This document shows, in pieces, positions 1-13,239 of a stretch of DNA of 64,000 bases; position 1 is the stretch's first letter, and each line of letters opens with the position of its first letter. A program made the position numbers and the translations under genes. Source of the DNA: Hemiscyllium ocellatum. Its lineage: Eukaryota. The notes below the pieces were generated by a model. The model did not search any database, had not been told where the DNA came from, and saw nothing but the letters and a program-made list of their open reading frames with translations. The stretch covers positions 98,180,409 through 98,244,408 of the forward strand of contig NC_083413.1 in assembly GCF_020745735.1 (NCBI RefSeq). Reading direction: 5' to 3'.

Positions 1-125
1 TCTAAGGGGATTGGAACACAGCAGGAACAGGAGACTGAGCTGGATGGTCAGCTGTTTCCCATTGATTGGTGGAGCAGGATTGAAAGGCCGAATGGCCTCC
101 TGCTGCTATCTTCCAGCTATGTATC
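1..125 (+). mobile_element. CR1-type LINE 3' tail fragment
   Basis: Sequence 'ggagcaggattgaaaggccgaatggcctcctgctgct' resembles the CR1 3' ends seen elsewhere in the window (e.g. ~4250-4310, 24390-24500). Confidence 0.55.
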
Positions 126-864
126 TCGTCATGGAGCCCGGGTAGGAAGAAGGAGGCAGGGCAGGGATTCTCCAGGAGATTGCACTTCCACATCAGTTTT
201 CAGTGAGGGAAGGTTTGAGGGATTTTATTTAATATTTGTAATTTGTATTTTACATTAAAAAAAACAAATTTGCAAACCTTGTGTTGAAGTTTATTCCAGA
301 ATAAATAAAAGTAAGAGAATCAAAACGATCTGAATATAATAGTTTTTAAAATTTCAAATGCCCTGTAAAATAAAATCCTGTCTATTCCCGGACACCATCA
401 CTTTCCAGTTACTCAAACTCCAGGGAAATATTCCTTCCCTGTCTGAACCTTTGGTTTGATTTAACTGCTTTTCAGTTCTCGTTCTGTGAGCTGTGAAGCG
501 TTCTTTTCCCCCCTGATTTCTCTGACCCAGAAGTGTTATTACACACAGCTGAGCAACCTTACCACCATCAAAATCATCATTTCAACATGTTAGTTTTTTG
601 TTAATCCATAATCACCAGCAGGAAACCACCCGTGTAACCAATTGGATATTTACAAACAAAGCCCCTTACGGGCAAAGCAAACCATTACAAGTGACAAAGT
701 GAGAAGGGAGTAAATCAAGGTAGAGTTGGGGGGAGGGGGCAGCGACAGAGATAAAGTACTGTATCCCCTGCAGTGCCCACCTCTATCTAAAGGCATCGAG
801 AGCATTGATACACACCACATGCTCCTTCTCCAAGGACACCCTGCTGTGCAACCTTTATCCTCAA

Positions 865-1190
865 TCATAGAATAGAATCCCGACAACGTGGAAGGAGAGC
901 ATTGGCTCATCAAATCCCACCGACCACCCGAAGAACATCCCACCCTGAGCACACCATCCCTGTAACCCTAGCCATTTCCCATGGCTGATCCACCTAGTCT
1001 GCACATTCATGGACACTGGACAATTTAGCATGACTGATCCAACTAACCCGCACATATTTGGGCTGTGGGAACCAGAGGACCTGGAGGGGACCCACACTGT
1101 CATGGGGAGAATGTGGGAACTCCTCACAGGCCGTTGACCAAGGCTGGACTCCAACCTTGTACCTGGTGCTGTGAAGCAGCACTGCTATAG
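865..1190 (-). mobile_element. Degenerate HE1/V-SINE copy
   Basis: Recognisable similarity along its length to the young HE1 copies at 27382 and 41859 (tail, 'gggctgtgggaaccagagg' core, tRNA-like head). Confidence 0.7.
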
Positions 1191-1539
1191 AGCAATTTAA
1201 ATCAAAACAGATGATCCCTGCTTATTGTCACATTGCTGTTTGTGGAGACTCACTGCCCAGAGAGACATCCTGAGGTTCAGAAAGTGGCAATATAAATTCT
1301 GTCAACTCCAGCCCAGTTAATGTGGTTAACAACAACCACAACATCAATACTCCAACAGTGTCATCATGTACAAGGTGCAGTCCTGACTCTGATGGACAAT
1401 AACTGCAGAATCAGAGTCCTGCAGTGATGTGTGAACTCTACCCCACACGGAGCAGGGGGATGACCACTTCCCTGTGTGCACTCACTGGGCTCTCTGAAGA
1501 TGCAGCAAATCCCTTGTCACACTGAGAGGTAAACAACTC

Positions 1540-2035
1540 CTACCCAGTGTGAACCCTCTGGTGTATCAGCAGGAGGGATGAATCACTGAAATCCTTCTCA
1601 CACAGTGAGCATCTGAATGGCCTTTCCCCAGAGTGGGCTCGCTGGGGTCTCAGCAGATCAGAAGACTGAGTGAATCCTTTCCTGCACATGGAGCAGGTGA
1701 ATAGCCTCTCCCCGGTGGGAATGCACTGATGTCCCTGCAGGAGAGAGATTTGAATGAATCCTTTCTCACACACTGAGCAGGTGAAGGGTCTAAATCCTCT
1801 GTTCCTCTCTGGTGCCTCAGCAGATTGCAAGATCGAGTAAATCCCTTCCCATACATGGGGCAGGTGACCAGCCACTTCCCAGTGTGACTGTGTCGGTGAG
1901 TGTCCCGTTGGGAGGGATAAGTGAATTCCTTCCCACAGTCCCTACATTTACACAACCTCGCCCTGGTCCTGTCACATAGGTGTCTTCCCAGATCACATGA
2001 CCAGTTAAATCCTCGACCACATGCACAACACGAAT
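1540..2035 (-). pseudogene. C2H2 zinc-finger array pseudogene (about 5-6 fingers, frameshifted)
   Basis: Overlapping ORFs 1650-1955 and 1540-1875 give [86 protein letters not shown]. The frame shifts between fingers, several Cys/His ligands are lost, and a stop follows. Confidence 0.85.
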
Positions 2036-3559
2036 GGTTTCTCTGGGCTGGGAATGCTGCTTTCCCCTTCCATATTACGTATAATGTTCAGGACCTGCGG
2101 AATTGGGTGTGGTAAATGTGATGTTAAAGCTGAGTTTCCCATCTGTGAACTCTCTCTCTGTAAAACAAGTTTATCTCCTTCATTACTACAGCTCCCAACT
2201 CCAGCTCTCCCTTCAGTTCTCCTGAAATTCTAAATTTGGACTAATGCAATAATGTGGCTTTCTCTCACTTGTTTCTGAAAGTAAACTCGGATGATTTTGA
2301 ATAACTGGACTTTACGAGCCAAACTTGTTCCTACACTTTCATTTATGACTTTTAACCCATGGGAAATGTGTTACCAGCTTTGATGACCGTTATAATGCTC
2401 TGACCACTTCTATGGAGTCGGTATAAGTCAATTCTAACAATTATCAATAGATTGTATCTAAACAGGATGCCCCCACAACAGTAGGTGCTCTGACACTCAA
2501 TGCCTGTAAGTTAAGTTCTTTTTCTTAAAGCCCCTCGTGTCTGGCAATCTGGCAATACAATTGAAGATAGTTTATACAGTAACCTTACAGTTTCAATTGC
2601 CAATTGCAATCCATGAAGCAGTCAGTAACATGCCCAAGTGAATTGAATTCTAACAACAGCTTTGCCCTGTCAGGAGAGATTGAGGAGCATGAAGCTGTCT
2701 TCTCTGGAGGACGGAAATATGAAACACTTGGAATGAATAAAATTCTTCAAGAGCCCAATAGGATAGATATAGGACGATGAGCTCCCTGGCTGATATGTCT
2801 TGAATGAAATAAGCACTAACTGTGGGATCTTTACCCAGCATCCCCTTTCGCTGCATAAATGTTTAAGATTTATTTGGTGCTCTAATTCCACTCTCTTGTT
2901 GACTCCCACTTGTAGTTGCTGTAATGTTGGTGGCCGTGCAAATTGGTAACATTTGATTCAATCTATCCTGAAACCTCTCTGTATCTGTGTCTCGCTTTTG
3001 TTCACTGAGACCCTCATACAGTCTGACGTCTTTTCAAACATCTTTCCTGATATTTCCCCAGAGGGCCTTAGAGGTCTCAGAATGAAATGTTCACAGAAAT
3101 GTTACTGCGCAAAAGGAGGCTGATTGGCTCATCAGCTCTTCAAAGGATCCCCTCACTGAATGCCATTCTTCTACCTTTCCCCCAGAAACCTTCCCATTCA
3201 CGCTCTCTTCCAGTAACTGTTCAATTCTACTCTCTTCATTGTACGTGGCTCCACCACACTCTTTGGCAGTGCATTCCTGACCATAAACTTTCTCTGCATG
3301 AAAGCGTTTTGTCTCATGTCACATGTGCTTCTTTTGTCAATCCCTTTGCATCGCTGCCTCCTCATTATTGATTCTTTCATGAATGTGAACAGTTTAACTT
3401 GATCAACTCTCACTAAATCCCTCTTGGAGATATCTGTACCCACCCCAGGATGGTGAATATCATCTCTCCCGGTCACAAGAGAGCAGTGTGAGACCATTCA
3501 GGTGCTCTCACTGAGGGACTGGGTTCAGGACACCATTCAGCCTCACTGTACTCCAGTGA

Positions 3560-3652
<93 letters not shown>

Positions 3653-3664
3653 TAACCACAGTGA

Positions 3665-3870
3665 TTGGATTTGTTTTGTTTGTTCATGGGATCACGGCAT
3701 CACTTGCTGGGCCAGCATTTGTCATCCATTCTAACTGCCCAGGAGATGGTTCAGTATCAACCCCATTATTCAGGGGCTGGATTCACATGTAGGCTGGACC
3801 AGGTCAGAATTAACGGTTTCCCAGGCCCAATGACATGAAGAGTTGATTTCTGACCGATTATTTCTAAAAT
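3665..3870 (-). mobile_element. 3' part of tRNA-derived SINE (same family as 7445-7790)
   Basis: The reverse complement matches the 3' half of the SINE at 7445-7790 and 20645-20985. Confidence 0.6.
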
Positions 3871-4852
3871 GATAATGAATAATTTTTGCAGTTGAATTGA
3901 AAGTGAAAGACCAAAATGTGTTTTATTCTGATTAAGCATGTCCCCCTGTTTCTCCCAGTTGTTATTGACAATCTCATTCCCTTCCCACCAGAACCTGTTC
4001 CAGAGAGTGTTCCAGAAAAGGCAGAATGGTCAGCTGCAGCTGGTCACCTGACTGGGCACTGGGCCCAAAGGTTCACTCTCCACAGATGCTGCCAGACCTG
4101 CTGAATATTTCCAGCAATTTCTGTTTTTGTTTCTGATTTCCCAGCATTTGCAGATGATTAGTTTTTCAATATTGATCTTGTCTGTTGGAGAGGAGTTTAT
4201 TGAGGAGTTTGGAGAGTTTTGAAAATTGCAAGTTTGGCCACAAATCAGCCATGATCATATTGAATGGCTGAGCAGGGTTGAGGGGCTGAATGGCCTCCTC
4301 CTGTTCTAATGAAAGTTGTCCATCTGCAGCTTGTGGTAACATTTCCCCTCACCGTTCACTTCACCTCCATGTCTAACACACTGTTACTGACTGAACAAAC
4401 CTCCTGTGTTTGAACTAAACCTGCTCATGTTCAGTGGCAAGGAAACATGCTTCCAACCCAATTATTTCAACCTCGACTCTCTGAAAACACAGGCACAAAG
4501 CTTCCTGCTTGTACCAGGTTGTCTCTCAGCCTCCTCTTTTCTTGAGAAAAGAGTTTTAAGCTGTGTAGCCATTCCTGGTGATTGTAACCTCTGTGTTCTT
4601 GTAAGATGGATGACTGAACCTTTATTTTCCTGTTCCCTGTGAGCGACATCAGCAGCAGAAACAGGTCCTGACCTGTGGGGGGGTTCAGTTGGAGTATTTG
4701 TATTTACAAATTCATTCTCACCCTCATATACAGTGTGAAATTGCTGTAAAACTGAAGGAAAGGAGTGAGTGAGCACCCACAGAAACACTGAGGCAGCGTG
4801 TGTACCTGAGCTAAATGACCTGGCATGAGGAAAACATGACAGCAATCGCACC

Positions 4853-5045
4853 GAGTTAGAATCACAGAATCCCGTAGGTGCAGAAAGAGGCCATTCGGTC
4901 CATCGAGCCCGCAATGACCTGCTCTCCCACCCTACCTCCAAAACCTCACATTAACCATAGCTAACCCAACCCTCCGAACATGCACACTACAGACCATGTT
5001 AGCACGCCCAATAGAGAAAACCTGTACATCTGTGGGAGGGTCACA
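4853..5045 (-). mobile_element. Partial HE1/V-SINE 3' half
   Basis: Tail 'gttagaatcacagaatcccgtaggtgcagaaagaggccattcggtcc' followed by HE1-like body. Confidence 0.6.
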
Positions 5046-5519
5046 GATTACATCCAAATGCTGGGAATTGTGGATGAAGGCTCACGGATATTTGACTCTT
5101 ACACAAATACTCTGTTTTTAAAAATAAAATCTGGGGGAAACTGCAACCAGAAAGATTTCCAATTATCACTGGAGGAAGAGAATTCAAAATTCATGCCATT
5201 GACCCAGGGGGACGCAGTGAAGTCACAGAGGCCTGGGAACCATCAGAAATGTAACAGGGTGTGACTAAAGTGGGGGTGAGACAAGGACAAAAAGACAGTC
5301 TGTCACACAGGGGAAAGGCAGGAGAGATTAAACAGCAGAAATAGTCCCTCAAGGCCACGGGGAATGGAGTTATGGCTGTGAAAGAAACCAGGAAACAAGG
5401 TGTGCGGCTGTCAATGAAAAAACAGATTATAACACATAGGGCCGAGTTCAGTGTATGAAATTGTTGCTGTCATTGGTGAGTACAGAATGCTGTAAAGCCT
5501 GGATAATTCTATTACAGCC

Positions 5520-6115
5520 AACACATACAGGATGGGCCAAGTGGCCTATATCTGTGCTGCAACTTTCTGATAAATTTATTCTGACATTTGGAGTTCAAGT
5601 CTGATGATGCTCATAAATTCTCAAATTGGACTGAAGTTTAATATTCTGGAGAAATGACAAATAAATCACATTGATCCCATTCTGCAGACTTTCGTCCATA
5701 GCCCTGTATGTTCCAGCATTTCAGTTACATCCATGTCCTTTTACTCAAATGTGATGCTGGTTACTGCCTCTGCCACCCCATCGGTGAGATCCTGCCCCCC
5801 ACCATCTCCGAGTGAAATGAATTCTCCCCTCCCCCTTCTTTCTGAGAATTAGTTGCAATCTAAAACTTCCAGTTTCTGACCTCTCTGTTACTGATCTGTA
5901 TTCCTCAGCATTTTATCACTTCAATTAAATCTCAGCTCATCCTCCTCGGAAATCCTCCCCAGCCTATCCAATCTTTCCTCAGAGCAGAAGTTCTCTAATT
6001 GTAGGAACATTCTGATCAATCTCCTCAGTACCCTCTCTGGTGTGATCACACCAACCCTGGAATGTGGGGATCAGAAATGTGTGCAGTACTTTAACCGTAG
6101 TCAAACTAGTGTTCC
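5520..6115 (-). mobile_element. Decayed CR1 LINE 3' region fragments
   Basis: Matches the minus-strand CR1 3' region at 9900-10500 (e.g. 'aaccctggaatgtggggatcagaaatgtgtgcagtact'). Confidence 0.55.
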
Positions 6116-7444
6116 TGACATTTCCCGTGTCTCCTCCATGTTCTTGTGGTTGTTGCTCACACAAGAAGTGTCTTGGTTTTCCCACATGGAACTGGATGTG
6201 CACTCCATGGGGCTGGGATTCCCTACCATGTGTTTATTTGTTAACTAATCCGAAATTAACTTCAGACTAAAACAAGAGTATCAGCTACCCACCAATCAAC
6301 TTCTTCCATTACACTCAAGTCACCTTACATTTTAAAATCTCTTTAAAATTATTACTATCTCAACACAACAGACTTTAATTTGATAAACAACTATTCAGAT
6401 GTCTTCACTGTTACAATCACTTGAAGATTATCTTTACCTTCAGCTACATTTGGTGAATTGAACTCTGATTGTAAATATATGAATATCAAACCGACTTGAG
6501 TTTTATGATAATTAATCTAGTCTGACATTCTTGTTGGTTAATATCTTGAAGAGAACTGTCCTCAGAACTCCAGCTGTGCTCTGACTTCATTCACAACAGG
6601 ATGTGGCTGGACTGCAGATCTGAGATCTGTTCTGTTGTTTACCAGATTGCTTCGCTCTGTCTGTCACTCGCTGCTTATGCTGTTTGGCACATATGTCATC
6701 CTCTTTGGTAACTTCATCAGGTGAACACCTCATTTGTAGGTATCCATGCTGCTGTTACTGACATGCCCTCCTGAATTCTCACAGGGGAATAAGGATTGAT
6801 CCTCTGGTTTGATGATAAGAGGTAAATTGGGGAATATGCTGGGCCGTGATTCGTTCAGTTTTGTTGGAGTACAATTCTACTGCTGTTGGTGGAAGGAAAC
6901 AGCTAAACTCTTGCACTGTAAGCCCTATATACAAGAAGCTACATGCAGTATCATGAACACTGATAGGCCAAGACAGGAAATACGAGCAACACTGTACAAT
7001 GATGTAGGTTCACAACTGCAGCAAGGGGAGTTTAAGAGCCAACTTGACATGGGAATAGGAAAAGAAGCAGCTGATCAGATTGTCTCATTCATAGTCACAA
7101 AGAGACTCAATGAGATTGTTGTACTGTTGGAGGCTGGGGAGATGGAGAGCCCTTCAAAAGAAACTAATCTGCCTGAGAGTTATGAGATAGACTTGATTGC
7201 CACGCATTTAACAGAAAGCTATTTTAGACTGTTTTTATCCCCAAAAGATAACAAGACTGATGGTGCTTCCAATCATCATCAGAAACAAACCCCAGAATAC
7301 ATGGTTCAGAGATGATGTCAATAGCCAATCAACATCCAACTCCTGCAATTATTCAGCAAACGTATGTGTGATTAACCAGTCCTGATGATCCAGGAAATCA
7401 CTGTTCACTCTGTGCAGATGGACAGCGATGTGGGGAAGGATTGG

Positions 7445-7790
7445 CCGAGTGGTATTGTCACTCGACAGTTAACCCAAAGCCCCAGACAAAGTTCTGGAGA
7501 CCTGGGTTCAAAGCCTGCTGCAGCAGATGGGGGGAATTTGAATTCAATTTTAAAAAAAACTTGGGAATTTAAGAGTCTAATGATGACCATTAATCGATTG
7601 TCAGAAAAACCGCATCTGGATCACTAATGCCCTTTCAGGAAGGAAGCTGCCATCCTTACCTGGTCTGGCCTACATTGTGACCTCAGACCCACAGCAATGT
7701 GGTCGACTCTTCCCTGCCCTCTGAGCAATTAGGGATGGGCAGGAAATGCTGCCGGGCCAGTGACACCCTCATCCTGTGAATGAATAAAGG
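7445..7790 (+). mobile_element. tRNA-derived SINE (SacSINE1/DeuSINE-like shark family)
   Basis: B-box-like 'ctgggttcaaagcc', conserved body 'ggaaggaagctgccatccttacctggtctggcctaca', ends 'gaatgaataaa'. A second full copy lies at 20645-20985. The family name is inferred. Confidence 0.65.
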
Positions 7791-7804
7791 AAAATAAAAG
7801 TCCC

Positions 7805-8135
7805 TATCCAGTGTGAATCTGTACATGTTCAACAATGTTGTGAACATTTCCAAAACTGAGTTCTTGGTGTGCAAAACTTTATGAACTGCCAAAACCATTG
7901 TTCATTACTTGGTTTGAACAAGAGAAAAAAATCCTTCAACTGTGGTTATGAGTAAATTCACCGGTGTCTCAGCAGGATGGATGCCTGAGTGAATCCCTTC
8001 CCCCCCACACACAGAGCAGGTGAACAGCTTCTCCCCAGTCTGACTGGTTTGGCCGGTTTCCAGGTGGGATGGGTAAAGAATTCCCTTCTGACATTCCCCA
8101 CATTTCCAGAGTCTGTCCCTAGTGTGTCTGCACTG
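7805..8135 (-). pseudogene. C2H2 zinc-finger pseudogene fragment
   Basis: ORF 7905-8297 encodes WKCGECQKGILYPSHLETGQTSQTGEKLFTCSVCG, with degenerate His ligands and a frameshift; 'cagattcacactgga' (QIHTG) remnant near 7805. Confidence 0.75.
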
Positions 8136-8204
8136 CTGTTTTGCTATTTCAGATAAATGCGAGCAGACTGTTACACACACCGTTAGCATCCCCCCTCCCC
8201 CCAC

Positions 8205-9865
8205 CCAAGAACCCAGTATAAGGCAGTAAACATTATCTCCTGCTGAGGAAGGACAGCCTGTATTGGTCTGAGTGGGTACACTGAGCAAATTTACCAAAAT
8301 GACAACTTAATCGGTGACCAGAGCAAGTTAAGCAAGTCCAAATAAAATGCATTATAGCACAGAGAGAGGCCTATCAAATCCAAGCTGGCTCTCTGTAGCA
8401 GAATCCCATATTCTCACTCCCCATACATCCCCCAAACTCTGCAAGTTTATTTCCCTCAGATCTGATATAATTGTTTTTATCAATCATTCATCTTCTCTGC
8501 CTGCACCACCATAATAGGCAGCATGTTCTGCATATTTCCAGCCAATACAGTCAGCAGAAACACTTGCTCATCTCCCGCTGTCTCAAAACCTTACATCTGA
8601 TCATAATTCTTGTGCCATCACCTATCGAATACAGATATTTTTGTCTGCTATATCTAAGTCTGTTATAATCCTATTCAGCTCGATCAAAAATATATTCAAC
8701 TTCTTCACTTCAAAGAAAATACAAATTTCTTCAAATCAATTCAGTGACTGCATTTTCTTCATCAGTGAACCACTCCAGTAAGTCTGTGCTCCACACTCTG
8801 AGGATTACTCGTATCCTTCATTGTTGGTGCCTATTTTATTCCACAAATCCAGACGATGCAAGTTTTCTGCACAACAGCAGTAGCTTTATTATTGGGCAGC
8901 TGGCGAGAGTTTCAAAGCATCTCTAAAGTAGCCGAGTGTCTACTTGTAGAGACTGTTCTTCATAAATCTCTGTCTTACCCACAGAGACAGTATATTTAAT
9001 AGGAATTAGACAAAGACATATCAGTTACATGGGCGATTGTCATTACATAGTTTAAAGCAGGTAATTATGACCTTACAAAGCTTGATGAATGGCGATGTCC
9101 TGTGATAATGTGTGATGGATTACAGAAACTGATTATCGTATTGTTCATGATTATGTGTTGATGGGAAGAGATTAAGGCTGGAGGGTTCTTCCATCAGTAA
9201 ATGGGGGATTCACTTACCTATGCTAATATGGAGGGGAGGTAACACAATGGGAGCAGGAGGAAGTGTAACAGTGTTGTGCCCAGGGTTCTCAGTCTTGTCT
9301 GGAAAGGGCAATTTCCTCTGTCTGGGGTTACGGGGCAATCCCCATGTGTGGCTGCAAGAGGTTCTATTTTGAGAGACTGTCAGCCTCCCCCCTTCTGAGG
9401 TGTTCTGTCTGTTTTGTAAGAGTACAGGCCTTCAGTTGATGAAATAAGGCCTTTGGCAGGGGAATGTTTAACCCTTGAGTCCCCACGGAGTCTTGAAAGA
9501 GAAGCAAAAAGTATGGAACTGGCCCCTCTATGGGATTTTAACTTCCTCGTTCCGACTAGGAATCTGTTGACCAGAATTGAATGCAATGATTGACTGTGAC
9601 CTAACTCGAGCTTTGTCAAGGGTCAGCATCTTTCCAATGCGTTTGTTATCATTCCCCCTGTTAATAAAGCTCAGCATCCCATTTGTTTCACACAAAACAC
9701 TTTTGTCCTCTCTCCTTTAATGATTTGTACACATGGTCCCCCATTTCCCCTGTCCTGCTCTTTGTGTCTGTGCCATTCAAATATATATTCCCCTTCTACA
9801 TTGCTTCTCTCAAAATGCATCCACTGACTGTGTGTTCTAAAGAAGAGACATATTCCACTCAATAG
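8205..9865 (+). repeat. Tandem segmental duplication, block Y copy 1 (interrupted by a solo LTR)
   Basis: 8205-8820 aligns with 13240-13852, and 9550-9865 aligns with 13853-14140 (e.g. 'atcaaatccaagctggctctctgt', 'aggaatctgttgaccagaattgaat'). Confidence 0.85.
8822..9549 (-). mobile_element. Solo LTR-like element (~730 bp)
   Basis: Absent from the paralogous block at ~13850. Minus-strand ends are CG(<TG)...CA, with AATAAA near the 3' end and a degenerate 5-bp TSD (TTCAT/TTCC, empty site TTCCT). Homologous copy at 39362-40002. Confidence 0.7.
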
Positions 9866-12501
9866 ACAATAGGCAGTAGACAATAGGTGCAGGAGTAGGC
9901 CATTCTGCCCTACGAGCCTGCACCACCATTCAATATGATCATGGCTGATCATCCCTAATCAGTATCCTGTTCCTGCCTTATCTCCATAACCCTTGATTCC
10001 ACTATCCTTGAGAGCTCTATCCAACTCTTTCTTAAATGAATCCAGAGACTGGGCCTCCATTGCCCTCTGGGGCAGAGCATTCCACACACACTCTCTGGGT
10101 GAAGAAGTTTCTCCTCATCTCTGTCCTAAATGGTCTACCACGTATTTTTAAGCTGTGTCCTCTGGTTCGGCACTCACCCATCAGCGGAAACATGTTTCCT
10201 GCCTCCAGAGTGTCCAATCCTTTAATAATATATGTCTCAATCAGATCCCCTCTCAGTCTTCTAAACTCAAGGGTATACAAGCTCAGTCATTCCAGTCTTT
10301 CAGCGTAAGGTAGTCCCACCATTCCAGGAATTGACCTCGTGAACATACGCTGCACTCCCTCAATAGCCTGAATGTCTTTCCTCAAATTTGGAGACCAGAA
10401 CTGCACACAATACTTCAGGTGTGGACTCACCAGGGCCCTGTACAGCTGCAGAAGAACCTCTTTGGTTCTATACTCAATCCCTCTTGTTATGAAGGCCAGC
10501 ATACTATTAGCCTTCTTCACTACCTACTGTACCTGCATGCTTACCTTCATTGACTGGTGTACAAGAACACCCAGATCTCTTTGTCCTGCCCCTTAACCTA
10601 AATTGATTCCATTTAGGTAGTAATCTGCCTTCCTGTTCTTGCCACCAAAGTGGATAACCATACATTTATTCACATTAAACTGCATCTGCCATGCATCTGA
10701 CCACTCACCTAACCTGCCCAGGTCACCCTGTAATCTCCTAACATCCTCCTCACATTTCACCCTGCCACCCAGCTTAGTATCATCAGCAAATTTGCTAATG
10801 TTATTACTAATACCATCTTCTATATCACTAATATACATTGTAAAAAGCTGCGGTCCCAGTACTGATCCCTGCGGTACCCCACTGGTCACTGCCTGCCATT
10901 CCGAAATGGAGCCGTTTATCACTACTCTTTGTTTCCCATCAGCCAACCAACTTTCAATCCAAGTTAGTACTTTGCCCCCAATACCATGCACCCTAATTTT
11001 GCTCACTAACCTCCTATGTGGGACTTTATCAAAAGCTTTCTGAAGGTCCAGGTACACTACATCTACTGGATCTCGCTTGTCCATCTTCAGAGTTACATCC
11101 TCAAAAAATTCCAGAAGATTAGTCAAGCATGATTTCCCCTTCATAAATCCATGCTGACTCTGACCTATCCTGTTACTACTATCCAGATGTGTCGTAATTT
11201 CATCCTTTATAATAGACTCCAGCATCTTTCCTACCACTGAGGTCAGACTAACTGGTCTATAATTTCCTGCTTTCTCTCTCCCATCTTTCTTAAAAAGTGG
11301 TACATTAGCCACCCTCCAATCCGCAGGAACTGATTCCGAATCTATTGGACTCTGGAAAATAATCACCGACGCATCCACGATTTCTTGAGCTACCTCCTTC
11401 AGTACCCTGGGATGTAGACCATCAGGCCCCAGGGACTTATCAACCTTCAGACTCTAACTGTCTCTCCAACACCAATTACTGGCAAATATAAATTCCCTTC
11501 AGTTCAGGTCGTTCAGCCACTGTTACCTCAGGGAGATTGCTTGTGTCTTCCCCAGTGAACACAGATCTGAAGTACCAATTCAATTCTTCTGCCATTTCTT
11601 TGTTCCCCGTAATATATTCCCCTGTTTCTGTCATCAAGGGTCCAATTTTAGTCTTAACCATTTTTTTGCCTTTCACATACCTAAAAAAGCTTTATATTTT
11701 TGGCCAGTTTACCTTCGTACCTCATTTTTTCTCTGCGTATTTCCTTCTTAGTAATCCTCTGTTGTTCTTTAAAAGCTTCCCAGTCCTCTGTTTTCCCACT
11801 TATCTTTGCTATGTTATACTTTTTCTCTTTTAACTTTATATGTTTCTTAACTTCCCTTGTCAGCCACGGCCTCCCATGCCTCTTCCTAGGATCTTTTTTT
11901 CCTTTTTAGAATGAACTGATCCTGTATCATCTTCATTATACACAGAAATATCTGTCATTGTTCCTCCACTGTCTTCCCTGCTAAGGTATTGCACCATTGA
12001 ACTTTGGCCAGCTCCTCCCTCATAGCTCCATAGTTCCCTTTATTCAACTGAAATATTGTCACTTCCGATTGTACCCTCTCCCTCTTAAATTGCAGATTGA
12101 ATCTTATTGTATTATGGTCACTACTTCCCAATGGCTCCTTCACTGCGAGGTCCCTGATTAATTCTGGTTCGTTGCACAATACCAGATCCAGAATTGCCTT
12201 CTCCCTGGTCGGCTCCAGCACCAGCTGTTCTAAAAATCCATCTTGGAGGCACTTCACAAAGTCTCTTTCTTGAGGTCCAATACCATCCTGATTCTCCCAG
12301 TCTACCTGCATGTTGAAATCCCCCATAACAACTTTGCAACAGGCCAATTTCAGCTCCTGATTCAACTTACATCCGACATCCAGACTACTGTTTGGGGGCC
12401 TGTAGATAACTCCCAAGAGGATCTTTTTACCCTTAGAATTTCTCAGCTCTATCCACTGACTCTACACCCCCTGATTCTAGGTCCCCCCGCGCAAGGGACT
12501 G
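9860..12501 (-). mobile_element. CR1-clade LINE, 5'-truncated, ORF2 (APE + RT) with frameshifts
   Basis: APE motifs (GDFN, LDLVLCN, SDHN; ORF 11955-12416) and RT motifs (YRPVSLTS, DLQKAFDKVPH, GVPQGSVLGP, FADDTKL; ORF 10593-11378); 3' microsatellite-like tail around (caataga)n. Confidence 0.95.
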
Positions 12502-12545
12502 AATATATTAAAAATAAATAAAACAATAATTCGGCCACCTTTTAA

Positions 12546-13097
12546 GTATTGTGTGCTGTTTTGATCACCACATAAAAAGGAGGATGTGGAGGCTTTGGAC
12601 AGCGTGAAAACAGCTTTACCAGGATGTTGCCTGGATTTGGAGAGGTTGGAAAGACTTGGATTTTTGTCAGGGGTCTTACAGCTTTATATTCAGTCTCCTG
12701 ACAAAAGAAGGCAAGTATGCTATACAGATCCTTCACCACTTTCAGGGAGCTGTGAACTTGCCGCTGAAGTTCTGTGTGTACATCAATGCTGCTGAGAGCC
12801 CTTCGGTTTCGTGAATACATTCCTCTTGCAATGAGTCTCCCAAAATACATCACCTCACACTTGTCTGGATTAAAATCTGTCTCCGTATGGGTTTTCCAAC
12901 TGATCTCTTTCTTGCTGTATCCTTTGACAACATTCTTCATGATTCACTTCATCAATTTGTACCATCTAGAAACTTGCTAATTAAATTGTTTACATTTCCA
13001 TGCTAATCATTAATATATTTAACAGACAATAGATGTCCCAGTTCTGATCCTTGTGGAACAACACTGTCCACAGACCTCCAGCCAGCAACATGCTGTA
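12546..13097 (-). repeat. Tandem duplication block X copy 1 (old CR1 RT fragment)
   Basis: 12680-13097 is a direct paralog of 14880-15290; 12546-12662 is the inverted paralog of 14757-14872. Confidence 0.8.
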
Positions 13098-13239
13098 GAA
13101 GGAACATATTTCATTTAGTCAGTCAGTCGGAAAGCATTTCAGGTATTGGTGTGGCACTGGATGTAAAAGATATTCACAATCCTGGTAAAAACACCCTGGA
13201 ATAGGTGTTCAGTTCTGTGTACCCTACCTGGGGACTCCC

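Noticed and set aside
2650-2909. Minus-strand peptide LLKNFIHSKCFIFPS reminiscent of GBP-type GTPases
   Set aside because: Only a short motif, flanked by stops, with no P-loop or other exons found.
6809-7315. 168-aa ORF (MMIRGKLG...)
   Set aside because: No recognisable domain, splice context or repeat support; it starts at an alternative codon among TE fragments, so it is probably a chance ORF. A protein database search would be needed to revive it.
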